From positions 1 to 64,000 of IMG/VR virus record IMGVR_UViG_3300005201_000042: a stretch of DNA of 64,000 nucleotides; one strand, given 5' to 3'. Below the pieces are notes generated by a model, which worked only from the letters and a program-made list of their open reading frames with translations, did not search any database and had not been told where the DNA came from. Origin of the DNA: a virus (taxonomy: Duplodnaviria > Caudoviricetes). A program made the position numbers and the translations under genes. This document shows, in pieces, positions 19,071-28,636 of this stretch; position 1 is the first letter of the stretch, and each line of letters starts with the position of its first letter.

Positions 19071-19220
19071 ATGGCAAGGTCAAGAAAAAAAAATCAACAC
19101 AGAGGTTGGGGTCAGAAGGGTTGTTTTGGTAATCCTAAACCAAATCATTATTCTGAGGACGAGTATGTTCCTACCATCCGGCATCAGAAGGGTGGTAAGC
19201 ATTCAAGGCATCAAAGATAA
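19071..19220 (+). CDS. small basic protein (49 aa, not in ORF track)
   Basis: RBS AAGGAGG; MARSRKKNQHRG...; TAATG overlap with the next gene. Confidence 0.55.
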   Translation: MARSRKKNQHRGWGQKGCFGNPKPNHYSEDEYVPTIRHQKGGKHSRHQR

Positions 19221-20023
19221 TGTTTGACACAACTCTTCTTGAGGATCATGGTGATCTCTGTTTCAAACGAGATGATCTTTTCGAGCTTAACGGTATGTAC
19301 GGGGCTAAGGTTCGGGCTTGTCTTCACTTGTGCTCTATAGCGAGGCTTAACGGTTACAAAACAGTTGTTTCTGCTGGTTCTCGTTTATCTCCTCAACTAG
19401 CTATTCTAGGCACTGTGGCAAAGCATATAGGTTTAAAGGCGGTAGGTTTCACTGCGGCTGGACGTTCAACTCCTTTTATTAAACAGGCTGAATCTTTAGG
19501 TGTCGAGGTACATAAGGTTCCTGCTGGTTATTCTAATGTGATACAGAAAAGAGCAAAGGATTTAGCGGGGGCTTTAGGGGCTTTCCTTATTCCTTTTGGC
19601 ATGAAAGATCTATCTTCAATTGAGTTAACGAAGGCATCCTTTATAGAGTCTTTTGAGCCAAACGTAGGGTTTCTAAAGACAAGAAATCGTCTTGTGGTAG
19701 TAGCTGGTTCAGGGGTTAACCTTATCGGTATCTTAGAAGGTATACGCTTTGTCGGTTCTTCTATCAATGTATTGGCTGTTATGGTCGGTCATGATTGCAG
19801 GAAGTATGTGTATAACTCTTGTCCGTGGGTGTCTGAAAAACAGTTGGAGTTTGTAAAGTCTGCTCAACCTTATCACGAGCTAAGCACCTATAATCAGGTG
19901 AACGGGGTAGATGTAGATTCAAGGTATGAGGGAAAAGCAATTCCGTATTTAAAGCCAGGGGATGTGTTTTGGCTTATTGGGAAAGCGGTCACTTCTCCTG
20001 TAGTAGTTCAGAGGGAGGTGTAA
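19220..20023 (+). CDS. PLP-dependent enzyme, D-cysteine desulfhydrase/ACC deaminase-like (fold type II)
   Basis: FKRDDL..GAKVR (Schiff-base Lys), VVAGSG, DSRYEGKA. Confidence 0.8.
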   Translation: MFDTTLLEDHGDLCFKRDDLFELNGMYGAKVRACLHLCSIARLNGYKTVVSAGSRLSPQLAILGTVAKHIGLKAVGFTAAGRSTPFIKQAESLGVEVHKVPAGYSNVIQKRAKDLAGALGAFLIPFGMKDLSSIELTKASFIESFEPNVGFLKTRNRLVVVAGSGVNLIGILEGIRFVGSSINVLAVMVGHDCRKYVYNSCPWVSEKQLEFVKSAQPYHELSTYNQVNGVDVDSRYEGKAIPYLKPGDVFWLIGKAVTSPVVVQREV

Positions 20024-20027
20024 TTAT

Positions 20028-20459
20028 ATGAAGGTTGCCATTGATTTTGATGGAACGTGCGTAACCCACGAGTTTCCGAATATTGGTCATGACATAGGAG
20101 CTGTCCCTGTATTAAAGAAGTTACAAGAGGCAGGTCACCAACTTATCTTATTTACAATGAGGTCAGGAAAGGAGTTGTTAGAAGCTGTGGAATGGTTTTC
20201 GGGACATGGTATTTCTTTGTATGGAGTTAATTGGGATCCAACACAGAACGAATGGACAGACTCTCCTAAAGCGTACGCTAATCTTTATATAGACGATGCT
20301 GCTCTTGGGTGTCCTTTAATGTTCCCCACTAATAAGTATCCCGTGGTTACAGAAAACCCCTCAACAAGACCCTTTGTAGACTGGTCTAAGGTTGAAGAAA
20401 TGTTGTCTCTCTGGTTTTCTACTTACGGGGTGAATCCTAATACAGAATTGGTTCTTTAG
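20028..20459 (+). CDS. HAD-superfamily phosphatase
   Basis: AIDFDGT, LFTMR, YIDD motifs. Confidence 0.8.
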   Translation: MKVAIDFDGTCVTHEFPNIGHDIGAVPVLKKLQEAGHQLILFTMRSGKELLEAVEWFSGHGISLYGVNWDPTQNEWTDSPKAYANLYIDDAALGCPLMFPTNKYPVVTENPSTRPFVDWSKVEEMLSLWFSTYGVNPNTELVL

Positions 20460-20477
20460 TTTTTGAATTTTTCTTTC

Positions 20478-20485
20478 TTTATATA
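20478..20485 (+). promoter_or_regulatory. late promoter motif TTTATATA
   Basis: intergenic, upstream of 20531. Confidence 0.55.
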
Positions 20486-20530
20486 CAAATAGGCGTACAT
20501 TTCAGATATGTAAAATAATCAGAGGTTTAT

Positions 20531-22957
20531 GTGGCTGAGAAAAAGAAAGAAGAAAGTGTTTCTAAAGTATTTACTCCCTTCGGTGTTCTGGTGGGAGATG
20601 CTGGGGCTAGGAAGGCTTTTGATGCTGAATCTTTTTACGAGGAAGTATTAAAACCATCTGAAAAAGCCCAGTACGAGAAGTTTAAAGTTGATTTTTTAAA
20701 AAATCCAAAAGACAAAGTTAAAAAAGTATCGGCTGGTTTTATTCCGTGGAAAAAGCTCATTGTTCAATCTAAAAGCAGGAACCATTTAATTTTAGACAAA
20801 CTGTGGTCTAGCACATGGGCATTAAACAAAGAGGCTATTCCAGGGTTTATTGATTTAATTGAAAAACTAAGAGAGAAATACTCCACTGTTCTGGGGGATG
20901 ATAAGTTACTTGAATATTTGGAGGCGGCTCAACACCGTGCAAGGGAGCTTGAGGCTTCTGGCGAGGTAGACGGTAATAAGTCTGAGTCTAAACCTGCTGT
21001 CACAAACAGTTCTCTCAACGCTCAGAAGTCTGCCAGTGATTTAGAATACTTCTATAATTCAAGGAACATGGTTACGAATAAACCTATATTTAGCTCTGCT
21101 ACAGAAATTAAAGTGGGTGATCGAATCTCTTACCACGGAACGAGTGTTATGAGCCCAGGTATGTTCTTAGGGTTAGTTGCTCATATTGACGAGGGCATAG
21201 CCACTCACGGTTACTCGTCACCCAACACTGTTTTGACTGTTAAGAAGTTAGATGAAGATGGCTGTCTTAATGACGGTTACTCAATTACTAAGATTGATAT
21301 TACACAAGTAGATTCTGTAAATGGTAAACGTTATTGTGCTAATCCCCATCTTCCTTTTACATCTCAATCAGTGTCTATTATGTCTGCTAAAACAAGAGAT
21401 CAATCAAGAAAAATACAAGAACATATGTTAAGCTTTTTTGATAATTACGAGAGTCTTTTAAATGAAGCTGAGTCTGCACAAGATTCACCAGAGGGTCTTC
21501 GCAGGCTAGTTGAGGGTGGTTCTTTTGAATGTTATAACGACGATGTTCACCAGTTTTTAAATGAATTGTATGGTACGCCACCTGAAGCTCAAGGTAAATA
21601 TAGTGATGACGTTGCTTGGAACAGGTATGTTTCTCTTTTAACTATAGAGCTTTCCAATATTTTGAGGAATCCGTGGGGTGGTGGTAAGAATTACATTGCT
21701 CAAGGGTTAAAGAGAGGGTTATCTCAATCTATTACAACCAATGCTGCTGGCATTCCTATTAATACAGACCGATGGGATGCCGAGCCTTGTACCACTGTGG
21801 ATGGTATTCCTGTTTGGATTATAGAAGATACCTACTCAGATTATTCAGGTAGACACGAAGGTTATCTTGTGGATTACGGTGATCCTGATGATGGGGATTT
21901 TTTAGGTAAGTTGGCTTTTCCTTTAGATACTGAGTTATGGGAAATTGAAGAGGAAGTTAGGAAGGGGTTTGAGTCTCATAGAGAGGCTATTTCCTCACGT
22001 AAAATATTCTCTCGACCTAACTCTCAGTATAACTTTGCAGGTCTTGCTTGGCTTCAAGGTTTGTGTTCAGGTAAATACTCTGTCTTCGAGTTCAAACAAG
22101 GTTTACAGGAAGCTGGTTATTCTCCTAGTACAATTCAAAGGCTTATTAACTTTTACATGAATAACCGGTCTGATGATTCTTCCAGTGATACAAGTCTTTT
22201 AAATGAGATGGCTAGTATGCTTGCATCCTCTCGCATGATTAAATCTAGTTCTCCTATGATGCCTGAAACTAACGATCCAAAAATGTTATCTAGGTACCTG
22301 TCAATTTTTGACAAGTTTAAATCAGGGGGGTATCCAGATATTAAGTCTGTTGTTAAGGATTTAAATTGGTTTGGAGTTCCTGTTTCAAAGGCTAAAGAAC
22401 TTGTTAAGGCATGGGGGAATAGTAACTTAACCTCTTCTTTTATTAGATCAGGTGCTGAAGGTGTAGACCAGCAAGCCTACAACAATTACATACAACAACT
22501 GGTTGCTACTGGCGTTCCTGAAGATCAGGCTAGGCAAATGGCGGATCAGTTGGTTAATCAAATAAAGCAGAACCAGGCACAGTTTGTACAGAACATTCAA
22601 CAACCTGCTCAGGGTCAGAATAATTCTTCTCTTGCTGCGTCTTTTAGGAGAGTTATTAAATCAGGTCTCCCTGTCAACTACGACGATGATGAAGAACTTT
22701 GTTGTGAGATTTGTGGTTCGCCTGACGGTGTTTGTATTTGTGGTGCAGAGGAATCTGTAGACGATCAGATAGAAGACTTTATTGATGGTTTGGCTCCTGA
22801 ACTTAAGGGTCAAATTCAAGCTATTAATAAAGGCTTAATGACTGAGGACGAGCTATTGGAGTGGATACGGGAGCAGTTATCTGTGGGTTATAAAATAGAT
22901 GAGTCTTTTGCTCCAGTTATTTTAGAACAAGCTGTATGTACACTTGGAGGTATATAA
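20531..22957 (+). CDS. modular putative internal head polyprotein
   Basis: modules split by IFSS, IMSA, IFSR, LASS, IKSS, LTSS, IRSG, IKSG; repeated helical GY/GV modules. Confidence 0.6.
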   Translation: MAEKKKEESVSKVFTPFGVLVGDAGARKAFDAESFYEEVLKPSEKAQYEKFKVDFLKNPKDKVKKVSAGFIPWKKLIVQSKSRNHLILDKLWSSTWALNKEAIPGFIDLIEKLREKYSTVLGDDKLLEYLEAAQHRARELEASGEVDGNKSESKPAVTNSSLNAQKSASDLEYFYNSRNMVTNKPIFSSATEIKVGDRISYHGTSVMSPGMFLGLVAHIDEGIATHGYSSPNTVLTVKKLDEDGCLNDGYSITKIDITQVDSVNGKRYCANPHLPFTSQSVSIMSAKTRDQSRKIQEHMLSFFDNYESLLNEAESAQDSPEGLRRLVEGGSFECYNDDVHQFLNELYGTPPEAQGKYSDDVAWNRYVSLLTIELSNILRNPWGGGKNYIAQGLKRGLSQSITTNAAGIPINTDRWDAEPCTTVDGIPVWIIEDTYSDYSGRHEGYLVDYGDPDDGDFLGKLAFPLDTELWEIEEEVRKGFESHREAISSRKIFSRPNSQYNFAGLAWLQGLCSGKYSVFEFKQGLQEAGYSPSTIQRLINFYMNNRSDDSSSDTSLLNEMASMLASSRMIKSSSPMMPETNDPKMLSRYLSIFDKFKSGGYPDIKSVVKDLNWFGVPVSKAKELVKAWGNSNLTSSFIRSGAEGVDQQAYNNYIQQLVATGVPEDQARQMADQLVNQIKQNQAQFVQNIQQPAQGQNNSSLAASFRRVIKSGLPVNYDDDEELCCEICGSPDGVCICGAEESVDDQIEDFIDGLAPELKGQIQAINKGLMTEDELLEWIREQLSVGYKIDESFAPVILEQAVCTLGGI

Positions 22958-25296
22958 TGAACGACGATGAAAAGAACGAAGACATCAATGAAGATGAAAA
23001 CGAAGGTGATTCTGTAGACACAGCTTCTACAGGTGACGATTTCTCTCCTGATGAGGGTGAAGACTCTCTTGACTTTGGTTCTGTCAATGAAGAGGGAGAA
23101 GGTGATGTTGACGAGGGATTTATGGACGAAGTCAACTCTCTTGATGAATTCGGTTCTGACTCTCCTTCTCTCTCCAAAGAAGAGACTATAGATGCTTTAC
23201 AGGCAATCACAGAAATAGCTAATATTATTCTTGCCACTGAGGGTGTCACTGATGGTGAACAGCCTACCTCTGAAGAAGTAAACTTTGTTTTGGACGAGGT
23301 TCAGGACTTGGCGGCTGGCTTTGATAAACCTTCTGATGCTGATGATGGTACAGGTGAGGAAGACTTAAGTGCTTTACCTGCTGAGACTGAGCCTTTAGGT
23401 GAGTTTGACGAGGAGGGTTTTGACGAGGGAGTTGAAGAAGAATTCCCTGAGGAGATAGAAGCCTCTCTTGTTCGTGTCATGGTTGCTGGTAAGCCTGTAA
23501 GGTCTAGGTGTACAAGACCTGTTATCGGGCTAGAAGATATCGGTGGTGTCCCTGCTCTGCTTTGCAGTGGTGTTGGTGCAGTTCCTAACCTTGATGAGGA
23601 AGACGAGCCAGCCGCAGATGCAGTTTTTGAGACCGCAGTTCTTAATAACGGTGATTCTAAAGCTATTCAGTCTAAATTCACGAAGGTTGGTTCTTTCAAG
23701 AAATGGGTTATGCAGAGTAAAGCTCATAAATTGGCTTGGAGAATCGCTTCGTCAAAGTACAGAAGGCTTGTAAAACAGTCTGCTAAAACTCCTAGAGAAA
23801 AAGCCGCTGTTTTCTTCTTGGCTAACAGTTTATACAACAAGGTTATAAAAAGTTCTGGTAATAAACTATTTAAGACCTTCTCAGGTAAATCTCCCAGAGC
23901 TATTCGCAAGGTTAGTCTGGCTTTATCCAATCGTAAACTTGAGAACAAGTCAACAAAGGTTCTCTTCTCCGATTACAACGGGTACAGAAATTATGAAACT
24001 TGGAACGCCTCGCTTTATATAACTAAGGACGAGGCATTAAATAGCAGGGCGAGGCGGTTAGCTCAGTCTGGCGTAAGAGATTACGACAAGTTTATTCAGT
24101 CTATGGGTTTGGCTGGCAAGAAAACGCCTGATGGTGTTGAGTGGTCAAGTTCAAAGATTGATCGTGGGCAGATGGGAGAAGTTCTGTCTAATTTAACAAG
24201 TTCAGTTCGTGGAGGTTCTGGTATGAATAAAAGACCAGTGAGGTCAGCAACTCAAGCAGACAAACAAGGTGATTTAGTAACTGTACAAGACGACACAAAG
24301 ACAGGTGTTAGTCTTTCAGGTCAAACTTTATCTGATAGTGCTATTGAGGACTCTAATACTGAAAGAGTGCTAAATGTGGATGGTGGAGATACCTCTCAGA
24401 TAACTGACGTAAACAACACTGGTGATGATGGTGACCTTGTAGCAGACCTTGACGCAGGTACAGAAGTAAGTGCTTCTGAGTATGGGTTTGATAATCAGGA
24501 GATGGTTGGTGTTGAACTCCCCATTGAAAATGAGAATCAGACCCAGGTATTGGAAATGAAATCCATTGGTTCAGGTGTTTATATACTACAGCAATCTTAT
24601 ATTTCTCCAGGTGCTGGTAGGCTTTCTTTCACGAAAGGTAAGGAAGCTGCTAAGATTATAAGTAGAAATACCAGACCTGCAGAAATAAAAGCCAATGTAA
24701 ATCGGGTGCTTTCACTTGGTAACACTGGTAAAGGTCTTTTACTTCGGTCTTCTCCTATCTTGGGTATTATTGCTATTGAAGCACCTTATCAGAAAGGTTT
24801 AAAGAATTCTGAGTATTCAGTTTTCTCCAGGGTCGGTGTAAACCTTATCAATGAAAAAGGTTATTACATCCCTCAATCAAAAGGTGCTAAGAATTTTATC
24901 GCATCTGCTTCGTCTATGAAAGGCATAAGGAGAGGTTCACAAGTAAAGAACTTATTCTCTGAGGTTGAAGGGGCTTATGTTGGTTATCTCAAAAACAAGG
25001 TTTACGGTCTGATAAAGCAGAACAAAGTGTTAAGAGCCAGTTTGGATAAATCCCTTAAAGCCGCAGCGAGAGATAGGATTTTGGCTTCGCAAGCTCTTAA
25101 TAAAGAACAGAGGTCAGCAAGACAGCACGTTGCTTCGGCTATGCAAAGTCTTAATGACATAAAGAAACAAACGGCCGAAGCAGAGGCTCAGAGGGTTATT
25201 GCAAGTTCAGCTTCTGCTGTTAGGGAAAATGCTCTTAATGACAAGGCGAGAACGGAAGCTAATACTGCTCATCTTTTGAAAATGATGAGGTGGTAG
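22957..25296 (+). CDS. prohead core/scaffold-like protein with inserted cargo domain
   Basis: very acidic N-terminus, C-terminal coiled coil, many [ILV]xS sites; YNGYRNYETWN domain inserted at ~23974-24200. Confidence 0.6.
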   Translation: MNDDEKNEDINEDENEGDSVDTASTGDDFSPDEGEDSLDFGSVNEEGEGDVDEGFMDEVNSLDEFGSDSPSLSKEETIDALQAITEIANIILATEGVTDGEQPTSEEVNFVLDEVQDLAAGFDKPSDADDGTGEEDLSALPAETEPLGEFDEEGFDEGVEEEFPEEIEASLVRVMVAGKPVRSRCTRPVIGLEDIGGVPALLCSGVGAVPNLDEEDEPAADAVFETAVLNNGDSKAIQSKFTKVGSFKKWVMQSKAHKLAWRIASSKYRRLVKQSAKTPREKAAVFFLANSLYNKVIKSSGNKLFKTFSGKSPRAIRKVSLALSNRKLENKSTKVLFSDYNGYRNYETWNASLYITKDEALNSRARRLAQSGVRDYDKFIQSMGLAGKKTPDGVEWSSSKIDRGQMGEVLSNLTSSVRGGSGMNKRPVRSATQADKQGDLVTVQDDTKTGVSLSGQTLSDSAIEDSNTERVLNVDGGDTSQITDVNNTGDDGDLVADLDAGTEVSASEYGFDNQEMVGVELPIENENQTQVLEMKSIGSGVYILQQSYISPGAGRLSFTKGKEAAKIISRNTRPAEIKANVNRVLSLGNTGKGLLLRSSPILGIIAIEAPYQKGLKNSEYSVFSRVGVNLINEKGYYIPQSKGAKNFIASASSMKGIRRGSQVKNLFSEVEGAYVGYLKNKVYGLIKQNKVLRASLDKSLKAAARDRILASQALNKEQRSARQHVASAMQSLNDIKKQTAEAEAQRVIASSASAVRENALNDKARTEANTAHLLKMMRW

Positions 25297-25334
25297 TTAT
25301 ACAGACTTGTTATCTGGTTTACGTATTGTAAGCT
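25297..25334 (+). promoter_or_regulatory. early promoter family copy
   Basis: TTATACAGAC-TTGTTA-N16-TAAGCT. Confidence 0.65.
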
Positions 25335-25359
25335 AGGTTTATCTTTTGGGGGGTATTAT

Positions 25360-26934
25360 ATGGGTACGCAATACGATAATTTCTATTGTCCAGCTGATTC
25401 AGATAATTACGGTGATGAGCTAGCAAATTTGATGGGTGCCTTTGAGAGAGAGGAAATTTGCGAGGCTGAGTTTGTAGAAATTCTTAAGAAGAATGGGTAC
25501 TCGCCTTCTCAGATTGAGGCTAATCTTAAAGAGGTTGAGTTTAATCGTACTGCATACCCTTTAGAGTTAGAATTAAAAGCAAGAGCAAGAGGGGTTAACC
25601 AATCAATGAAAAACTTTGATACATTTTTAAACGCTTGTGAGTCTATTAAATATTTAGACTCTGTTGTTAAGGAAGGGGACACTTACACCCTTATCGGTTG
25701 TGGTAAAACTTTACAGATTAAAGAACGAGTTGACAGCAAAGGCAATCGAGAAGTTCTGCTCTGGAGTAAAACCGAGCCTTCTAACCTTCACAAGGTAGTT
25801 GGTAACGATGTAGAGAAGATTCTCCCTCGCTTGGTTGTACAACACTTCACTGGTATAAAGTCTAGTGTTGAATTCACAGACCACGAAAATCACAAGCATA
25901 TTTTTGAAGACGTTGGTTTCTTTCCTGTCTCTGTTCATAGTGATATGGTCAGGTTTGGGGATGCTACTGGCAGAAAATGGGTATGCAGTGCAGGTGGTTC
26001 TAACGTTCCCAATATTACTCTGGCTTTTTACAAACTCTTGTACGATGGTCGGACGGATATGTCTGCAATGATGTTACCTAAGCTCACTCCTCTGGACGAT
26101 GTTAAAGTAATCAAGTCAGGCAAAGGTGGCAAAGATGTAGAGGTTTTTGAACTTCCTAAATTCCCAGAACCTTCTGAGGATTTTATTGTGTCTTCTGTAG
26201 AAGACTTTAAGAGAGCTGTTCCTAATTACGAATCTTTTATGATGTTTCCGCATCAAGGCGATGTGCCTGCTTATGGTCATTCCATTGTTTCTGGTATGGT
26301 GGTTTCGTCTGCCGATAGACCTTTTATTACATCTGCTGAGAAGAAGATGAGAGGGTTTATTAAGTCTTCGGATGAATTAGATTGGAAGGCTTATCAAACT
26401 TTTTCTGATATAGTTGATGGTCTCATGGCTCAGGGTTATTCTGAAGCTGACGCATTGAAACTTGCAAATGAGTTAAGAGGTAAGGACTCTGCATCATCAT
26501 CCGCTAAAAGACCGATTAAGTCAGTTACTGAGGGAAAAGGCAGTTTTCTCAACCATATGGCAAAACAAAGCGGTAAATCTATTACAGATAAACAAGGTAA
26601 TCCTTTAGACCCAGATAAAATGTATCAGGATAATGGTTCTGGCTATGAAGAGATGGGGCAATCTCTACAGTCAGGTAAGAGACCCATTAAGTCAGGTTTA
26701 ACTTTTGAAGGTGTAGATCCTAAAGTCTGTGATGGTTATTTAAACTACCTTCTTGGTGGGGGTGTTCCTGTAGATAAAGCGATGGAGCTAACACAAGATT
26801 TTGTTAATCGTATAATTGAGGACTGTGATAGGTTTGCGGTTAGTGAATATGTAAATCGTGGTATTGACGAATATAATAAAAGCCTTCCCCAATCACGGAA
26901 ACAACCCCAAACTTTTACCCAGCCCACTATGTAA
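25360..26934 (+). CDS. modular putative internal head polyprotein
   Basis: GIKSS, VIKSG, FITSA, FIKSS, RPIKS x2; helical GYS/GVP modules. Confidence 0.6.
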   Translation: MGTQYDNFYCPADSDNYGDELANLMGAFEREEICEAEFVEILKKNGYSPSQIEANLKEVEFNRTAYPLELELKARARGVNQSMKNFDTFLNACESIKYLDSVVKEGDTYTLIGCGKTLQIKERVDSKGNREVLLWSKTEPSNLHKVVGNDVEKILPRLVVQHFTGIKSSVEFTDHENHKHIFEDVGFFPVSVHSDMVRFGDATGRKWVCSAGGSNVPNITLAFYKLLYDGRTDMSAMMLPKLTPLDDVKVIKSGKGGKDVEVFELPKFPEPSEDFIVSSVEDFKRAVPNYESFMMFPHQGDVPAYGHSIVSGMVVSSADRPFITSAEKKMRGFIKSSDELDWKAYQTFSDIVDGLMAQGYSEADALKLANELRGKDSASSSAKRPIKSVTEGKGSFLNHMAKQSGKSITDKQGNPLDPDKMYQDNGSGYEEMGQSLQSGKRPIKSGLTFEGVDPKVCDGYLNYLLGGGVPVDKAMELTQDFVNRIIEDCDRFAVSEYVNRGIDEYNKSLPQSRKQPQTFTQPTM

Positions 26935-26946
26935 CAAGTAGTGGGC
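26922..26946 (+). other. hairpin spanning the stop codon (no U-tract)
   Basis: GCCCACTA/TAGTGGGC. Confidence 0.5.
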
Positions 26947-26962
26947 GGACAACTAAGAATAT

Positions 26963-27001
26963 CTATACACCCTTGTTTTCTAGAAGTCGCTATGCTATAT
27001 T
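26963..27001 (+). promoter_or_regulatory. early promoter family copy
   Basis: CTATACACCC-TTGTTT-N17-TATATT. Confidence 0.7.
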
Positions 27002-27005
27002 AAGT

Positions 27006-27296
27006 ATGGCGGAACAAGCTTTATCGGCAATTAACCAAACTTTGGATACTTGGTTTCTAAGTTACACTAAGAAATTGTTTGCGTACTATGGAGAAGGGAC
27101 TTATGGGCATTCTGCAGAGACCAACGCTTGGCAAATATCTATTCCAGATAATAATTTGAAAGTGAGTATTGGCTGGTCTGCTGAGCAAGGGGATTATGTT
27201 TACATAGTAATCAAAGATGGTTCTAGAAAGGATGGAAGGGTTCAGAGTTTAAAGGATCTGAAACTTTTATTTCCAGATGTTTTTGGGGGGTCTTAA
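27006..27296 (+). CDS. hypothetical protein (probably leaderless)
   Basis: ATG 4 nt after the -10, no SD; C-terminus resembles the tail modules of 27277-28404 and 43514-47125. Confidence 0.55.
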   Translation: MAEQALSAINQTLDTWFLSYTKKLFAYYGEGTYGHSAETNAWQISIPDNNLKVSIGWSAEQGDYVYIVIKDGSRKDGRVQSLKDLKLLFPDVFGGS

Positions 27297-28404
27297 ATTG
27301 ATTAATGAACAGCACTTGAGAAAAGAGATCCATAAATTTACGTCTTCTGTACTTTCTCAAATGTCCGAAGAGCAATTAAATAAACTTAGTAGAGACCTTC
27401 AAGAAGATTCTGATATGCTTACGTCTTCTACTCAGTTTGTAGATGATTCTGCTAGTAACAATGGCGTTCCTTCTTATTTCATAACAAGTAGTGGGCGTAT
27501 AGTAGACGATTCATACGAAGGCGGTTTATGGGTTTCTCCTCAAGGCAAGGCTTATGAGGTTACAGGGGATCATTCGGAATATATTTTAGAGTATCCCTCT
27601 TTATTTGGAATAGACGTTTCTGGTTTTGAATCAGACGATACCTTTGGCTTAGATGATTCTGATAGAGATGTTTTATATGAACAAGCTTATTCCAAAGGCT
27701 GGGCTAGGGTTCGCATTGTTGACGGAGATATATTTGTAGATGTCATCCGTTCAATTAATACAGATAGGTTTCTTTCAAAGGTAGTTCAGTGTATTCTTGA
27801 TTATGGCGTTCCTTATGACTCAGCTATTCATGTTGAAGTGTTAGAGGACTCTGGTCAATATTCTAATTCAAACGAGTCTTTATCTTCTCTGCTCACAAGT
27901 CGTTACTCTGCCAAGGCTGGTCTTTTTAATGTCCAGGCGAAATGGATACAGGGTTTGCTTACGAGGGAAGAAGCTATAGCGGAGTTGGTAAAGACGGGCA
28001 AGTCCAGGGAAATAGCTAATAAGATACTGGACTCTTGGGGTACGAGGTTTTCGAGTTATACACCCTTGCATTCTGGCACGGGTATTGCTAATCTTATAAT
28101 TAGCTCACCAGACAAAGATTATGAAGTAGCTAAAAGTGGTACACGTTACTGGTTAGACGGGGTTTGTAAGCGTATACAATCTAATCTTGGGAAGAAGGGT
28201 ATTAAGGCTACGATAAGTCCAATAACGAACTTAACCTGGAGGGTTGTCGTGGGTCAGAAGGTTGTCTTTCAAGTTATTTACTCATCCTCTAATAATGTGG
28301 ACTTCTTTGATTATACTTATTTTAATGCCTCTGGGAAATCCTTTTCAGGTCAGGTAAGACGTATGGAAGATTTAAAGGGTTTAATTTCTAAGGTAGGGGT
28401 TTGA
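27277..28404 (+). CDS. modular protein: WISP domain, GYS-like module, promoter-linked tail module
   Basis: LTSS, ITSS, LTSR, IISS separators; true start may be TTG 27298. Confidence 0.6.
   Translation: MFLGGLKLINEQHLRKEIHKFTSSVLSQMSEEQLNKLSRDLQEDSDMLTSSTQFVDDSASNNGVPSYFITSSGRIVDDSYEGGLWVSPQGKAYEVTGDHSEYILEYPSLFGIDVSGFESDDTFGLDDSDRDVLYEQAYSKGWARVRIVDGDIFVDVIRSINTDRFLSKVVQCILDYGVPYDSAIHVEVLEDSGQYSNSNESLSSLLTSRYSAKAGLFNVQAKWIQGLLTREEAIAELVKTGKSREIANKILDSWGTRFSSYTPLHSGTGIANLIISSPDKDYEVAKSGTRYWLDGVCKRIQSNLGKKGIKATISPITNLTWRVVVGQKVVFQVIYSSSNNVDFFDYTYFNASGKSFSGQVRRMEDLKGLISKVGV
28056..28094 (+). promoter_or_regulatory. early promoter embedded in CDS
   Basis: TTATACACCC-TTGCAT-N17-TAATCT with extended TG. 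Confidence 0.7.
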
Positions 28405-28405
28405 T

Positions 28406-28636
28406 ATGCATGACGATGTTGATGAACAGATTCTTGGAGTTTTAAAAAATCTTTCTCCCGAGGCTCTTGCTTGTCGTGTAAAAGAAGTCAATTACTTACG
28501 AAAAAAGTACCCTGATTTCTTTCCTAGTTCTCAGGTCTCTTCTGGTGTAAAAATTTTAAATGAAGACAGGGTTGCTCTTGACCAGGCTTTTGCAAAATTA
28601 GACCAAGAAGGCTTTAAAAGGTTGGCAAATGAATAA
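28406..28636 (+). CDS. hypothetical protein, paralog of 47127-47459
   Basis: LKNLSPEA...YPDFFPSS vs IKSLSPES...YPNMFSSS. Confidence 0.6.
   Translation: MHDDVDEQILGVLKNLSPEALACRVKEVNYLRKKYPDFFPSSQVSSGVKILNEDRVALDQAFAKLDQEGFKRLANE

Noticed and set aside
9819-24021. Intragenic TTTATATA hits (9819, 20284, 24014) as late promoters
   Set aside because: Such hits are expected by chance in AT-rich DNA, and no suitably placed start follows
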